A DNA stretch of 64,000 nt from Dehalococcoidia bacterium (GTDB lineage: Bacteria; Chloroflexota; Dehalococcoidia; GIF9; AB-539-J10). Positions 1-9,919 of this stretch are shown in pieces. Position 1 is the first letter of the stretch; the number at the start of each line of letters is the position of its first letter. The stretch is taken from the NCBI GenBank assembly GCA_049678605.1, contig JBAUEM010000113.1, positions 9,822-73,821 on the forward strand, read 5' to 3'. The notes under the pieces were generated by a model. It had not been told where the DNA came from, ran no database searches, and saw only the letters and a program-made list of their open reading frames with translations. A program made the position numbers and the translations under genes.

Positions 1-1796
1 AAAAAGTCAACGCAGCTTTGGAGAAAGAGGTCAAAAAACAAGGTTTGAAGGCTGAAGTAGATATCAGAAGAACGGGCTGTCACGGCTTTTGCGAAAGGGG
101 CACTCTAGTTGTTATTTATCCTGAGGAAATCTGCTATGTTAATGTACAACCTGAGGATGCTGCCGAGGTTGTTCGGAGTGCAAAAGAGAACAAAGTCATC
201 GATCGCTTGCTTTATGTCGACCCTACTACTGGTGAGAAAGTAATACATGAATCAGAGATACCCTTCTACAAGTATCAAAACCGAATTGTCTTTGGCAACA
301 ACAGGCGGATTGATCCCAGGAGCATTGATGATTATATTGCTCTTGGCGGCTACTCTGCCCTGTCCAAGGCACTATCTCAGATGACTCCAGAGGAGGTGAT
401 GGAGGAGGTGAAAAGGTCAGGTCTCAGAGGCAGGGGTGGAGGCGGGTTCCGCGCAGGGTGGAAGTGGCAGACCACGCGTGACGCCATCGGCGAGCCTAAG
501 TATGTAGTAGTCAACTGCGATGAGGGAGACCCTGGGGCCTATATGGATAGGTCCCTTATGGAAGGGAACCCTCACAGCGTCCTTGAAGGGGTGACCATTG
601 GTGCCTATGCTATTGGTTCCCACGAAGGTTTTATTTATGTGCGTCAGGAATATCCCCTGGCAGTTGAGAACTTAACCACTGCCATTGAGCAAGCCAAGGA
701 GTATGGGTTTCTGGGTGAAAACATCCTTGGCGCCGGATTCGATTTTAAGGTCAAGGTGCATCGGGGAGGGGGAGCTTTCGTCTCCGGGGAATCAAGCGCG
801 TTAATGACAGCGATAGAAGGCAACGTGGGGGAGCCTAGACCGAAATACATTCACACCTCGGAGAAAGGCATTCGGGACAGGCCCAGTTGTTTGAACAATG
901 TGGAGACGTGGGCCAACGTACCCCTCATAATCAATAATGGATCTACTTGGTATGCCTCAATCGGCACCGAGGGAAGCAAAGGGACCAAGATTTTCTCTCT
1001 GGTGGGTAAGGTGAACAACACTGGACTCGTAGAGGTTCCCATGGGGATTAGTCTGCGGGATATCGTCTATAAGATTGGAGGAGGTATTCCAGGAGGCAAG
1101 AAGTTCAAGGCGGTTCAAACCGGCGGGCCATCTGGGGGTTGTATCCCTGAGCAATTTCTCGATTCCCGCGTAGATTTTGATGAGCTTGCCAGGTTGGGCT
1201 CCATGATGGGGTCGGGGGGCATGATTGTCATGGATGAGGATACGTGCATGGTTGACACGGCCAGATATTTTCTTGATTTCCTCGCTGATGAATCTTGCGG
1301 AAAGTGCACCCCGTGCCGAGAGGGCATCAAACAGATGCTGGACATTTTGACTGATATCTGTGGAGGAAGGGGTAGGGAAGGAGATATTGAACTTCTGGAA
1401 GAGTTGTCTGAAGTAATCAGGGATACGTCTCTCTGTGCTTTGGGAGCAACCGCACCCAATCCAGTTTTGACCACTATCCAATACTTCAGGGATGAGTATG
1501 AAGCACATATCAAAGAGAAAAGATGTCCTGCTTATGGCTGCAAAGAATTGGTGTCGTACTATATTAACCCGGCCAAATGCCAAGCCTGTATGATTTGTCT
1601 GAGAAACTGCCCCGCGGAGGCTATAAGCGGTGGTAAGAACCAGATTCATGTCATTGATCAGTCTAAGTGTACCAAGTGCGGCAACTGCTTTGACCTCTGT
1701 CCACCTCGCTTCGATGCGGTTAAAAGGATTTCGGGTGAGCCTGTGCCACCATCCCTGCCGGAGGATGAAAGGGTCCTGGTAAGAGGCAAGGAATAG
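1..1796 (+). CDS. NuoF/HydB-like NAD(H)-binding FMN iron-sulfur flavoprotein; 5' end lies outside the window
   Basis: Frame is open back to base 3, with no stop before the TTG at 18. Only the second Cys pair (GCHGFC) of a thioredoxin-like 2Fe-2S domain is in-window. GLRGRGGGGF motif and ESCGKCTPCREG (NuoF-type 4Fe-4S motif). C-terminal CQACMICLRNCP and CTKCGNCFDLCP ferredoxin motifs. Confidence 0.85.
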   Translation, partial: KVNAALEKEVKKQGLKAEVDIRRTGCHGFCERGTLVVIYPEEICYVNVQPEDAAEVVRSAKENKVIDRLLYVDPTTGEKVIHESEIPFYKYQNRIVFGNNRRIDPRSIDDYIALGGYSALSKALSQMTPEEVMEEVKRSGLRGRGGGGFRAGWKWQTTRDAIGEPKYVVVNCDEGDPGAYMDRSLMEGNPHSVLEGVTIGAYAIGSHEGFIYVRQEYPLAVENLTTAIEQAKEYGFLGENILGAGFDFKVKVHRGGGAFVSGESSALMTAIEGNVGEPRPKYIHTSEKGIRDRPSCLNNVETWANVPLIINNGSTWYASIGTEGSKGTKIFSLVGKVNNTGLVEVPMGISLRDIVYKIGGGIPGGKKFKAVQTGGPSGGCIPEQFLDSRVDFDELARLGSMMGSGGMIVMDEDTCMVDTARYFLDFLADESCGKCTPCREGIKQMLDILTDICGGRGREGDIELLEELSEVIRDTSLCALGATAPNPVLTTIQYFRDEYEAHIKEKRCPAYGCKELVSYYINPAKCQACMICLRNCPAEAISGGKNQIHVIDQSKCTKCGNCFDLCPPRFDAVKRISGEPVPPSLPEDERVLVRGKE

Positions 1797-1806
1797 GGAG
1801 ACCAAG

Positions 1807-4800
1807 ATGGATGAACTAACTTTGGAGATCGACGGCAAGGAAGTCAGGGCTAAGGAAGGGACGACAATACTAGAGGCAGCTAGAAGTGTTGGTATTAATA
1901 TACCTACACTTTGCTATCATCGGGCTCTGACTCCCTATGGCGGTTGTCGGCTTTGCATCGTGGAGATTTTTCGAGGGCGGAGGTCGAGGATAGTCACTTC
2001 CTGCGTTTACCCTGTGGAAGAGGGACTGGTAGTTAAGACCAAGAGTGACACTGTGATAAGAGACCGCAAGATGCTCATTGAGCTTATGCTTGCTCGTGCC
2101 CCCAAGGCTAAAGTAATTCAGGATTTAGCTAAAGAATATGGTGTTGAAAAAACGAGGTTCAAAATAGAAGACCCAGAAAACCTCTGCATTCTCTGTGGTT
2201 TGTGTGCCAGAGTTTGCGAAGAAAGGATTGGAGTAAGCGCGATCAATTTTGTTGGCCGGGGGGTTGAGCGTAAAGTACAAACTCCTTTTCAAGGAACCCT
2301 GGATGTAGACTTTGATGCTTGCATAGCATGCGGGGCTTGTGCTTTCGTTTGTCCTACGGGGGCAATCAAGCTCGAAGATATTACACCGAAGAAGCCAATC
2401 CCGATCCTCTCTGAATTTGAGATGGGTTTGGACTCAAGAGCTCCTATCTATATTCCATTCCCTCAGGCAATTCCTAACGTTGCCACACTGGATCGCAACA
2501 AATGTGTTCATTTTGCTACCGGGAAATGCAAAATCTGCGAAGAATTCTGCGAAGCGGACGCTATTGATTTCACGCAGACCGATCAGGTCATTGAGCTGAA
2601 AGTAGGGTCTATTGTCGCATGCCCTGGCTTTAATGAATTTGATTCTCGCCTTGTCTCGCAATACGGGTATGGTAATTTTCCTAACGTCATCACTAGTATT
2701 GAGTTTGAGCGGATTCTAAGTGCCTCTGGACCATATCAGGGTGAGTTACTAAGACCTTCTGATAGGCAAAAGGCACAAAAGATTGCCTGGATCCAATGCG
2801 TCGGCTCACGGGGAATAGCTCCGCAGAATGGCTATTGCTCTTCAATCTGCTGTACCTACGCTATCAAAGAAGCAGTAGTGGCTAAGGAGCATAATAATTC
2901 GGTTGAGGCTACTATCTTCTTTATAGATATACGGACTTTCGGCAAAGGGTTTGAGACCTATTATGACAGGGCAATGACCGAATACGGGGTGAGATTTATC
3001 AGGTGTAGACCGTCAGTAATAGAGGAGGTAGCAGAGACAAAGAATCTGACAATAAAGTATGAAACTGAGGATGGCAAGCTAATAAAGGAGGAGTTTGACC
3101 TGGTCGTTCTCTCAGTCGGGCTTGAGCCACCCAAAGAGGCTGAGAAGCTGGCGAATAGACTGGGAATTGAGCTTAATAAATATGGATTCTGCCAAACTGA
3201 CAATTTTTCTCCAGTTGAGAGCTCTAAGCCAAGCATATTCGTTTGCGGAGTTTTCCAGGGTCCCAAGGACATCCCCGAGACAGTGACGCAAGCAAGTGCC
3301 GCCGCAGCTTCTGCCGCTGCTTCGCTTTCCTCAGTGCGTAATAGCTTGATAAAGAGAAAGGAATACCCCCCAGAAAGAGATGTAAGGGGAGAGCCACCGA
3401 GGATTGGTGTTTTTATTTGCCACTGCGGCATCAATATTGGTGGGGTAGTGGATGTACCCCAGGTTAAGGAGTATGCGAGTTTACTTCCTAATGTAGTCTA
3501 TGCCGAGGACAATCTATACACCTGTTCCCAGGATACCCAAGAAATGATAAAGGAGAGGATTAGAGAGCATAACCTAAATCGAGTAGTAGTTGCTTCTTGC
3601 ACTCCCCGAACCCACGAACCTCTATTTCAAGAGACAATTAGGGAGGCAGGGTTAAACAGATATTTATTTGAGATGGCTAATATTCGAGACCAATGCTCTT
3701 GGGTGCATAAAGGGTATCCGGTGGAGGCTACTGAGAAAGCTAAGAAATTAGTAAGTATGGCGATAGCCAAAGCCAGGCTGTTCCAGCCTGTCGAGCAGAC
3801 GCCTCTGGAGGTAATTCATAGTGGCCTGGTCATTGGCGGTGGAATAGCTGGGATGGTGGCTGCCTTGAACCTGGCTGAACAGGGATTTGAGGTCTACCTG
3901 GTTGAGAAAAGCGACCAACTGGGTGGAATAGCCAGAAGAATACAACATACTCTTGAGGGTAATGATGTCCAGACTTATCTTCAGGACCTTATCACCAGGG
4001 TTTCTGAAAATCGCTTAATCCAAGTGTATACCAATTCGGATATTGTTGAAGCCACCGGCTATGTAGGGAATTTCACCACCAAGATAGCGGTTGGTCCTAA
4101 CCAGGATTCCCAGGAACTCAAGCATGGAGTAGTCATTATTGCCAGTGGTGGCGAGGAGTATAAACCCAGTGAATACCTTTATAGCAAAGACCACAGGGTG
4201 ATGACCTTACTGGAATTAGAGGGTGAGATCGCTAAAGGCAACGGTAGGATTACAAGCTGTGATAACCTGGTGTTCATTCAATGTGTAGGTTCCAGAGAAG
4301 ATGGACGACCCTATTGCAGCCGAATATGCTGTAGTGAATCTATAAAATGTGCCTTGAAACTAAAAGACGTGAACCCGGAGATGAATATCTATGTCCTCTA
4401 TCGGGATATAAGAACCTACGGATTTAAGGAAGATTACTACCGGGAAGCCAGGGAGCGTGGGGTGATATTCATTCGCTATGAAGTAGATGATAAGCCCAGG
4501 GTAGAAACTATAACAGAAGACAACCAGAATCTGCTGAGGGTTACCGCAAAAGACCCACTATCAGGTGAGGATTTAATCATAGATACGGACATACTGGCCC
4601 TGGGGGTGGCTACTATTCCTGCCGCCGACAACAAAAGACTATCCCAATTATTCAAAGTGCCACTAAACGAGGATGGCTTTTTGTTAGAAGCCCATGTGAA
4701 ACTACGCCCTGTGGACTTCGCTACCGAAGGTGTGTTTATGTGTGGTCTCGCTCATAGCCCCAAGTTTACTGATGAAAGTATTGCCCAAGCTAAGGCTGCT

Positions 4801-5073
4801 GCATCCAGGGCTGGTACTATTTTATCTAAAGACATAATTGAAGTAGGCGGATTAGTCTCGTTTGTCAATAAGAACAAGTGTAGTGGTTGCGGCGTTTGCC
4901 AATTGATTTGTCCTTTCCAGGCAATAGAGATTGATGATGAGGAGAAGGTAGCGGTGATTAACGAGGCTCTATGCAAGGGTTGCGGAGCATGTGTTTCCTC
5001 CTGTATATGTGGTGCTATAAACATAAAGGGATTTAGCGATACTCAGATTTTGGCTGCGATTGATGCCTCTTAG
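1807..5073 (+). CDS. Mosaic iron-sulfur flavoprotein: N-terminal 2Fe-2S plus 4Fe-4S (NuoG/HydC N-terminus-like) fused to an HdrA-like heterodisulfide reductase subunit A module
   Basis: 1088 aa. N-terminal CYHRALTPYGGCRLC 2Fe-2S-like region; CILCGLCARVC and CIACGACAFVCP motifs. Two CVGSR...CC motifs (IQCVGSRGIAPQNGYCSSICC and IQCVGSREDGRPYCSRICC). VFICHCGINIGG HdrA-type segment. One GxGxxG (VIGGGIAGMVAALNLAEQG). C-terminal CSGCGVCQLICP and CKGCGACVSSC. Confidence 0.8.
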   Translation: MDELTLEIDGKEVRAKEGTTILEAARSVGINIPTLCYHRALTPYGGCRLCIVEIFRGRRSRIVTSCVYPVEEGLVVKTKSDTVIRDRKMLIELMLARAPKAKVIQDLAKEYGVEKTRFKIEDPENLCILCGLCARVCEERIGVSAINFVGRGVERKVQTPFQGTLDVDFDACIACGACAFVCPTGAIKLEDITPKKPIPILSEFEMGLDSRAPIYIPFPQAIPNVATLDRNKCVHFATGKCKICEEFCEADAIDFTQTDQVIELKVGSIVACPGFNEFDSRLVSQYGYGNFPNVITSIEFERILSASGPYQGELLRPSDRQKAQKIAWIQCVGSRGIAPQNGYCSSICCTYAIKEAVVAKEHNNSVEATIFFIDIRTFGKGFETYYDRAMTEYGVRFIRCRPSVIEEVAETKNLTIKYETEDGKLIKEEFDLVVLSVGLEPPKEAEKLANRLGIELNKYGFCQTDNFSPVESSKPSIFVCGVFQGPKDIPETVTQASAAAASAAASLSSVRNSLIKRKEYPPERDVRGEPPRIGVFICHCGINIGGVVDVPQVKEYASLLPNVVYAEDNLYTCSQDTQEMIKERIREHNLNRVVVASCTPRTHEPLFQETIREAGLNRYLFEMANIRDQCSWVHKGYPVEATEKAKKLVSMAIAKARLFQPVEQTPLEVIHSGLVIGGGIAGMVAALNLAEQGFEVYLVEKSDQLGGIARRIQHTLEGNDVQTYLQDLITRVSENRLIQVYTNSDIVEATGYVGNFTTKIAVGPNQDSQELKHGVVIIASGGEEYKPSEYLYSKDHRVMTLLELEGEIAKGNGRITSCDNLVFIQCVGSREDGRPYCSRICCSESIKCALKLKDVNPEMNIYVLYRDIRTYGFKEDYYREARERGVIFIRYEVDDKPRVETITEDNQNLLRVTAKDPLSGEDLIIDTDILALGVATIPAADNKRLSQLFKVPLNEDGFLLEAHVKLRPVDFATEGVFMCGLAHSPKFTDESIAQAKAAASRAGTILSKDIIEVGGLVSFVNKNKCSGCGVCQLICPFQAIEIDDEEKVAVINEALCKGCGACVSSCICGAINIKGFSDTQILAAIDAS

Positions 5074-5128
5074 TACTTATAATGAGCTTAGGGAATGGAA
5101 CCCAACATAACCCCGGAGTATAAATCAA

Positions 5129-5572
5129 ATGCAACAACCTAGGGAAAAAGCAGGCGAATGGGAACCCAAGATAATCGCCTTTCTTTGTAACTGGTGTAGT
5201 TATGCCGGGGCAGACCTGGCCGGGGTAAGCCGCCTTCAATACCCTCCCAATACTCGGATTATCCGTGTTCCTTGTTCAGGCAGGATCAGTCCGTTACTAA
5301 TTCTAAGAAGTCTGCAGCATGGGGCTGACGGTGTTCTTGTTTCAGGGTGTCACCCTGGCGATTGTCATTATATCAGCAGTAACTATGTAGCTAGAAGAAA
5401 GTTCGCTATTCTAAATAATTTTCTTGAATATTTAGGTATTGAGAAAGGGCGAGTGCAATTCGCCTGGATATCGGCAGCTGAAGGGAAAAGGTTTGCCGAG
5501 CTTGTTCAAAAGGTTACCGAAGATGTAAGGACCTTGGGGCCGGCAACGAGATTGGTTAGAAAACAGGGTTAA
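5129..5572 (+). CDS. MvhD/FlxD-like iron-sulfur protein (methyl-viologen-reducing hydrogenase delta subunit family)
   Basis: IIAFLCNWCSYAGADLAG...IRVPCSGR...GADGVLVSGCHPGDCHY is the characteristic MvhD Cys pattern. Sits 55 bp after the HdrA-like gene. Confidence 0.85.
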   Translation: MQQPREKAGEWEPKIIAFLCNWCSYAGADLAGVSRLQYPPNTRIIRVPCSGRISPLLILRSLQHGADGVLVSGCHPGDCHYISSNYVARRKFAILNNFLEYLGIEKGRVQFAWISAAEGKRFAELVQKVTEDVRTLGPATRLVRKQG

Positions 5573-5581
5573 GGCAGGTTC

Positions 5582-6532
5582 ATGTTGGATACATCTGTTG
5601 CCATAAGAGATATAGCCAAGAAACTGCTTGATGAGAAGAGGGTTGACCTCATAATTGGGTTTGAAAAAGGCAGCCTCCCTCTGCGCAGCACTCCTTGTTT
5701 TGTCAGGAGCACCTCGGAAGCAGATAGGCTTATCTGGAATGTAAATTGTGAGAATAATCTCGCCAAGTATCTACCGAAGACAAAAGAGAGGGTTGGCATT
5801 GTTGCCAAAGGCTGCGATGTCCGCTCAATCATTAACCTCATTAAGGAAAATCAGATTACCAGGGAACAAGTGTTTATCATCGGTATTCCCTGTAAAGGGA
5901 TGATTGATAGAAGAAAGATAGAAGCCAAACTGGACGGTAAGGAAATACTAGAAGCTGAGGAGGAGGATGACACGATTATCCTTAAAGGTCACAACCTCAG
6001 AGAGATTATCAAAAAGGAGGAATTTTTCCACAACTCCTGCAAGACCTGTACCCATAAGAATCCAGTAATCTACGATGTCTTAATAGGAGACAAGGTTGTG
6101 GAAGACCAAGCAGTTGATGAATATAGAGAGGTGAAGGAGTTTGAAGCTCAATCTCATGATGAGAGATGGCAGAGTTTCAGCGATGAAGTTAGTAAATGTA
6201 TTAGATGCTATGCCTGTAGAAATGCCTGCCCTTTCTGCTATTGCCAGGAGTGCTTTGTAGATAGCTCCCAGCCTCAATGGATTGGAAAGACCACTAACCT
6301 TAGCGATACTGCGGTCTTTCATATTATTCGCGCCTTCCACATTGCCGGGCGTTGTGTTGATTGCGGTGCCTGTGACAGAGCGTGTCCGATGGGGATTGAC
6401 CTCAGAAGGCTTACCAAAAAGATGGAAATGGATGTTAAAGAGCTATTTCATTACGAAGCCGGAATAAGTCTTGAGGATGTGCCGCCCCTGGCAACCTTTA
6501 ATCCAGACGACCCTCAAGAATTCATAATGTAA
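5582..6532 (+). CDS. 4Fe-4S dicluster iron-sulfur subunit (Flx/Asr-associated, FlxC-like)
   Basis: CIRCYACRNACPFCYCQEC and CVDCGACDRACPMG motifs. 9 bp after the MvhD-like gene. Confidence 0.55.
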   Translation: MLDTSVAIRDIAKKLLDEKRVDLIIGFEKGSLPLRSTPCFVRSTSEADRLIWNVNCENNLAKYLPKTKERVGIVAKGCDVRSIINLIKENQITREQVFIIGIPCKGMIDRRKIEAKLDGKEILEAEEEDDTIILKGHNLREIIKKEEFFHNSCKTCTHKNPVIYDVLIGDKVVEDQAVDEYREVKEFEAQSHDERWQSFSDEVSKCIRCYACRNACPFCYCQECFVDSSQPQWIGKTTNLSDTAVFHIIRAFHIAGRCVDCGACDRACPMGIDLRRLTKKMEMDVKELFHYEAGISLEDVPPLATFNPDDPQEFIM

Positions 6533-6558
6533 GCATGGTGAACCACTGAAGATAGCTG

Positions 6559-7584
6559 ATGCAAGAATTGGAAATTGCTAAAACTGAGGTAGCTAGTCTC
6601 CTGAATACCTTAATCAGGGAATATCAGGTATTTGCTCCAGTAGAGCAAAACGGCTTTATTACATTCCAGGAAATTCACTCAGGCAGCGAGGCGTTCCTCG
6701 ATTATATTAACTCCAAGAAACCTCCCAAGGAGATATTTTTCCCTCAGTCAGAAAGATTGTTCAGCTATGATTTGAGTAGAGGGGAAGGTTGGGGTGTCGA
6801 GGAACCTGCATCAGAAGAGAAGCAGAAGATAATCTTTGGCATCCGCCCTTGTGATGCTAGAAGTCTCGTTCTTCTGGATAACGTATTTGATGGGAAACTA
6901 TACAAAGACCCGTACTACACAGATAAGAGAAAAAACACAACCATTATTGCCATAGGTTGTAACCAGCCAGGCAGCACCTGTTTTTGCACCTCCCTAGGAG
7001 GGGGGCCTTTTTCCCAGGACGGCTCAGACCTACTTCTGGTAGATATCGGTCAGAAGTATATCATTCAGGTAGTTACTGAGAAGGGCGAGAAGCTTGCAAA
7101 GGAACATAACAACTTTAAGGAAGCTGAAGACCATAGTTTGTCTGTAATGCGAGACACAATGGAGACAGCAGAAGCTTTGATAAAATCCAAGTTAGAGGTA
7201 CAGAAGGTAACGGAGAAATTGGATAGTATGTTTGATGACCCCTTCTGGGACCTGGTGTCTGAGAAGTGCCTCGGGTGTGCCGTTTGTACTTATCTTTGCC
7301 CCACCTGCTATTGCTTTGATATAACTGATGAGGTTACAGGTCAAAGGGGAGAAAGGGTTCGCACCTGGGATTCTTGTGCCTTTCCCTCGTTCACTCTAGA
7401 GGCCTCAGGAGTGAATCCCAGACCCAGCAGCAAGGAAAGATTCAGGCAGAGGATAATGCACAAGTTTAACTATTTCGTAGCTAATCACGGTATGGCAGCC
7501 TGCGTGGGGTGTGGCCGGTGTATTAAAGAGTGTCCCGTGAATCTGGATATTCAGGTAGTACTAAATAGCATATTAGATCGTTAG
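6559..7584 (+). CDS. 4Fe-4S dicluster protein, AsrA / sulfhydrogenase beta-like (FlxB-like)
   Basis: CLGCAVCTYLCPTCYCFD and CVGCGRCIKECPVNLD motifs. Size and position upstream of an AsrB/HydG-like subunit. Confidence 0.6.
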   Translation: MQELEIAKTEVASLLNTLIREYQVFAPVEQNGFITFQEIHSGSEAFLDYINSKKPPKEIFFPQSERLFSYDLSRGEGWGVEEPASEEKQKIIFGIRPCDARSLVLLDNVFDGKLYKDPYYTDKRKNTTIIAIGCNQPGSTCFCTSLGGGPFSQDGSDLLLVDIGQKYIIQVVTEKGEKLAKEHNNFKEAEDHSLSVMRDTMETAEALIKSKLEVQKVTEKLDSMFDDPFWDLVSEKCLGCAVCTYLCPTCYCFDITDEVTGQRGERVRTWDSCAFPSFTLEASGVNPRPSSKERFRQRIMHKFNYFVANHGMAACVGCGRCIKECPVNLDIQVVLNSILDR

Positions 7585-7598
7585 GACATAGGGTAAAG

Positions 7599-8438
7599 AT
7601 GAAGAACCCATATTTACCATTACCGATGAGGGTAGAAAAGATTGTCATCGAAACCGAGGACAAGAATATAAAGACGTTCAGCGTCAAGTTCCTCAATGAT
7701 GAGGACGAAGCTAATTTCAACTATCTGCCAGGTCAGTTTGCCCAGCTATCCGTTCTAGGCACAGGGGAAGCTCCCTTCGGAATAGCCTCGTCCCCAACCC
7801 AGCCAGGGGAGCTTCAGTTTACCGTCAACAAGGCGGGGGTGTTAACCTCAGCACTCCACAACCTGGAAGAAGGGGAAATAATCGGGCTAAGAGGTCCCCT
7901 TGGAAATTGTTTCCCCATAGAGGCGTTTGAAAGCAAGGATACGATTATTATCGGGGGTGGTTTTGCCTTTACCACATTACGCTCCCTTATCAACTACATT
8001 TTACATCAGGAGAATAGGAGCCGCTTCGGCAATGTTGTAGTAATCTATGGGGCCAGAAGCCCCGGCTTGTTGCTTTATAAGGATGAACTTGAGAAGTGGG
8101 AAGTAAGGACCGACCTTGACCTACATCTTACTGTTGATAGGGCAGACGAGGATTGGCAAAGGAAGGTGGGAGTCGTCCCCAATATTGTCAAGGAGATTGC
8201 TCCCAGTCCGGAGAATGCCTATGCGGTAGTTTGCGGACCACCAATCATGATAAAGTTTACCCTGCCAGTCCTTAGGGACCTTGGTTTCCCACCGGAAAGG
8301 ATTGTCCTGTCGCTGGAGATGAAAATGAAATGCGGGATAGGAATGTGTGGAAGGTGCAACATAGGAAACCAGTATGTTTGTAAAGACGGTCCCATATTTA
8401 CCTTAGCCCAGTTAAATGAGCTACCCAGCGAGTACTAA
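7599..8438 (+). CDS. FAD/NAD(P)-binding oxidoreductase with C-terminal 2Fe-2S (AsrB/HydG/PyrK-like; FlxA-like)
   Basis: Ferredoxin-reductase-type layout (PGQFAQLS, GLRGPLGN, IIIGGGFAFT). C-terminal KCGIGMCGRCN cluster motif as in PyrK/AsrB. Confidence 0.75.
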   Translation: MKNPYLPLPMRVEKIVIETEDKNIKTFSVKFLNDEDEANFNYLPGQFAQLSVLGTGEAPFGIASSPTQPGELQFTVNKAGVLTSALHNLEEGEIIGLRGPLGNCFPIEAFESKDTIIIGGGFAFTTLRSLINYILHQENRSRFGNVVVIYGARSPGLLLYKDELEKWEVRTDLDLHLTVDRADEDWQRKVGVVPNIVKEIAPSPENAYAVVCGPPIMIKFTLPVLRDLGFPPERIVLSLEMKMKCGIGMCGRCNIGNQYVCKDGPIFTLAQLNELPSEY

Positions 8439-8468
8439 AAATTGGCGGAAAACTTTTAAAGGCGGTGA

Positions 8469-9635
8469 TTGAAATTGAGTCCAATACTGGTAAACCAACT
8501 AGATTTCAAATTTAGGGACAAGATTATAGCGCAAGTTGGGGGAGAAAATTTAAAGCATTGCCTGGGGTGTGGAACATGCAGTGCTGGCTGCTTTGTTAGA
8601 GAGGTTGATAAGAGATTTAATCCCCGAAAGATAGGTCATATGGTTTTGTTGGGAGCAAAAGACTACTTCAAGGAAAACCCGGAAATTCCCTATTTATGCA
8701 ACCTTTGTGGATTATGTCAAGAAACTTGCCCTTATGGGCTGAATATCGGTGACCTGTGTTTAGCGCTTCGCGCGCAATTGGTAGAGGATGGGATAGGTCC
8801 ACTTCCTCAACATAAATTTATGGAAGAGGAGCAGGAATTCGTCCTCACCCCCTCTTTCACCATATCTCTTCCCGACCCTGATAGCACTGAGTGTAAAAGA
8901 GTCTTCTTCCCTGGTTGTAATTTATCTGCATACTCTCCTTCCCTTGTTATCGCTACCTGGGACTATCTTAGAGCGAAGCTGCCAGGCACAGGAATTATCC
9001 TGAGATGCTGTGGGGCTCTTTCCTATGACCTGGGACTGTACCCCCAGTTCCAAAAAATATCACAGGAGTTGGAGAACGAGGTGCACAGATTAGGAGCATC
9101 CGAGCTCATTACTGGTTGCCCCGAATGCTATGACACCATTAAGCGGGTAGCACCTCGCTATCAACTAAGAAGTTTATATGAGGTAATGGCAGAAACAGGT
9201 ATCCCTGAGGTGCCTAAAGGGAGCGGGCAAACTTTCACTCTTCACGATTCTTGCAAAACGAGATGGGAAAAAGGAATACAGGATAGCGTTAGAGATTTGG
9301 TGGCTCATATGGGCTATCAGATAGAAGAGATGAGATATTCCAAGGAATTAACCCGCTGCTGTGGCCAAGGGGGGTTAATTGTTGGGCTCAATCCTTTCCT
9401 GGTATTCGGTTTAACGAAGTCCAGAATAGCTGAGTCTCATTTTGATATGCTCACCTACTGCGCTGCTTGCCGTGAGACTTTTGCTATGCACAAGCCCACT
9501 TTACACATTCTCGACCTCATGTTTAACCCTAACTGGGAAAAGGATAAAGCCAAACCTATCAATAAAACAACGGTAAGGAGAGAGAACCAAGCACTCCTTA
9601 AGTCATTATTGACAGAAAGATTAAAAACGTCTTAA
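8469..9635 (+). CDS. HdrD-like (Fe-S)-binding protein with two CCG domains (HdrC/HdrB fusion type)
   Basis: CLGCGTCSAGC and CNLCGLCQETCP ferredoxin motifs, followed by two CCG motifs (LRCCGAL, TRCCGQGG). Confidence 0.75.
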   Translation: MKLSPILVNQLDFKFRDKIIAQVGGENLKHCLGCGTCSAGCFVREVDKRFNPRKIGHMVLLGAKDYFKENPEIPYLCNLCGLCQETCPYGLNIGDLCLALRAQLVEDGIGPLPQHKFMEEEQEFVLTPSFTISLPDPDSTECKRVFFPGCNLSAYSPSLVIATWDYLRAKLPGTGIILRCCGALSYDLGLYPQFQKISQELENEVHRLGASELITGCPECYDTIKRVAPRYQLRSLYEVMAETGIPEVPKGSGQTFTLHDSCKTRWEKGIQDSVRDLVAHMGYQIEEMRYSKELTRCCGQGGLIVGLNPFLVFGLTKSRIAESHFDMLTYCAACRETFAMHKPTLHILDLMFNPNWEKDKAKPINKTTVRRENQALLKSLLTERLKTS

Positions 9636-9651
9636 GAAGCGAGGTGTCAAT

Positions 9652-9915
9652 ATGTCGTGGGAAGAGATAAAGTTACAGGTAGGAGATGAGGTGAAGAAGC
9701 TGCTGGAGGAAAGGCATATATCAGAGGAGGAGGTGAAGAAGGTAATAGATTTTGCCGAGACCAAGGGTGAGAAGCTATACCAGCCGGAGGGAAACAGATA
9801 CCTGGCTAAAAGCAGGCTTGGCGAGGTGACAATCTACGTTGAATATTCTACTGACGAAAATGGCTATATAGTCCATACAGCTTACTCACATAGGTCGAAG
9901 ATAGGCAAGGAGTAG
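9652..9915 (+). CDS. Small hypothetical protein (87 aa)
   Basis: ATG preceded by gaggtg; 16 bp after the upstream gene; no recognisable motif. Confidence 0.4.
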   Translation: MSWEEIKLQVGDEVKKLLEERHISEEEVKKVIDFAETKGEKLYQPEGNRYLAKSRLGEVTIYVEYSTDENGYIVHTAYSHRSKIGKE

Positions 9916-9919
9916 AGCA

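Noticed and set aside
957-1838. 293-aa minus-strand ORF antisense to the NuoF-like gene. Similar antisense ORFs occur at 17395..18027, 12432..12923 and 15690..16097.
   Set aside because: The sense strands carry strong family motifs. The antisense translations have no motifs and no plausible ribosome-binding context.
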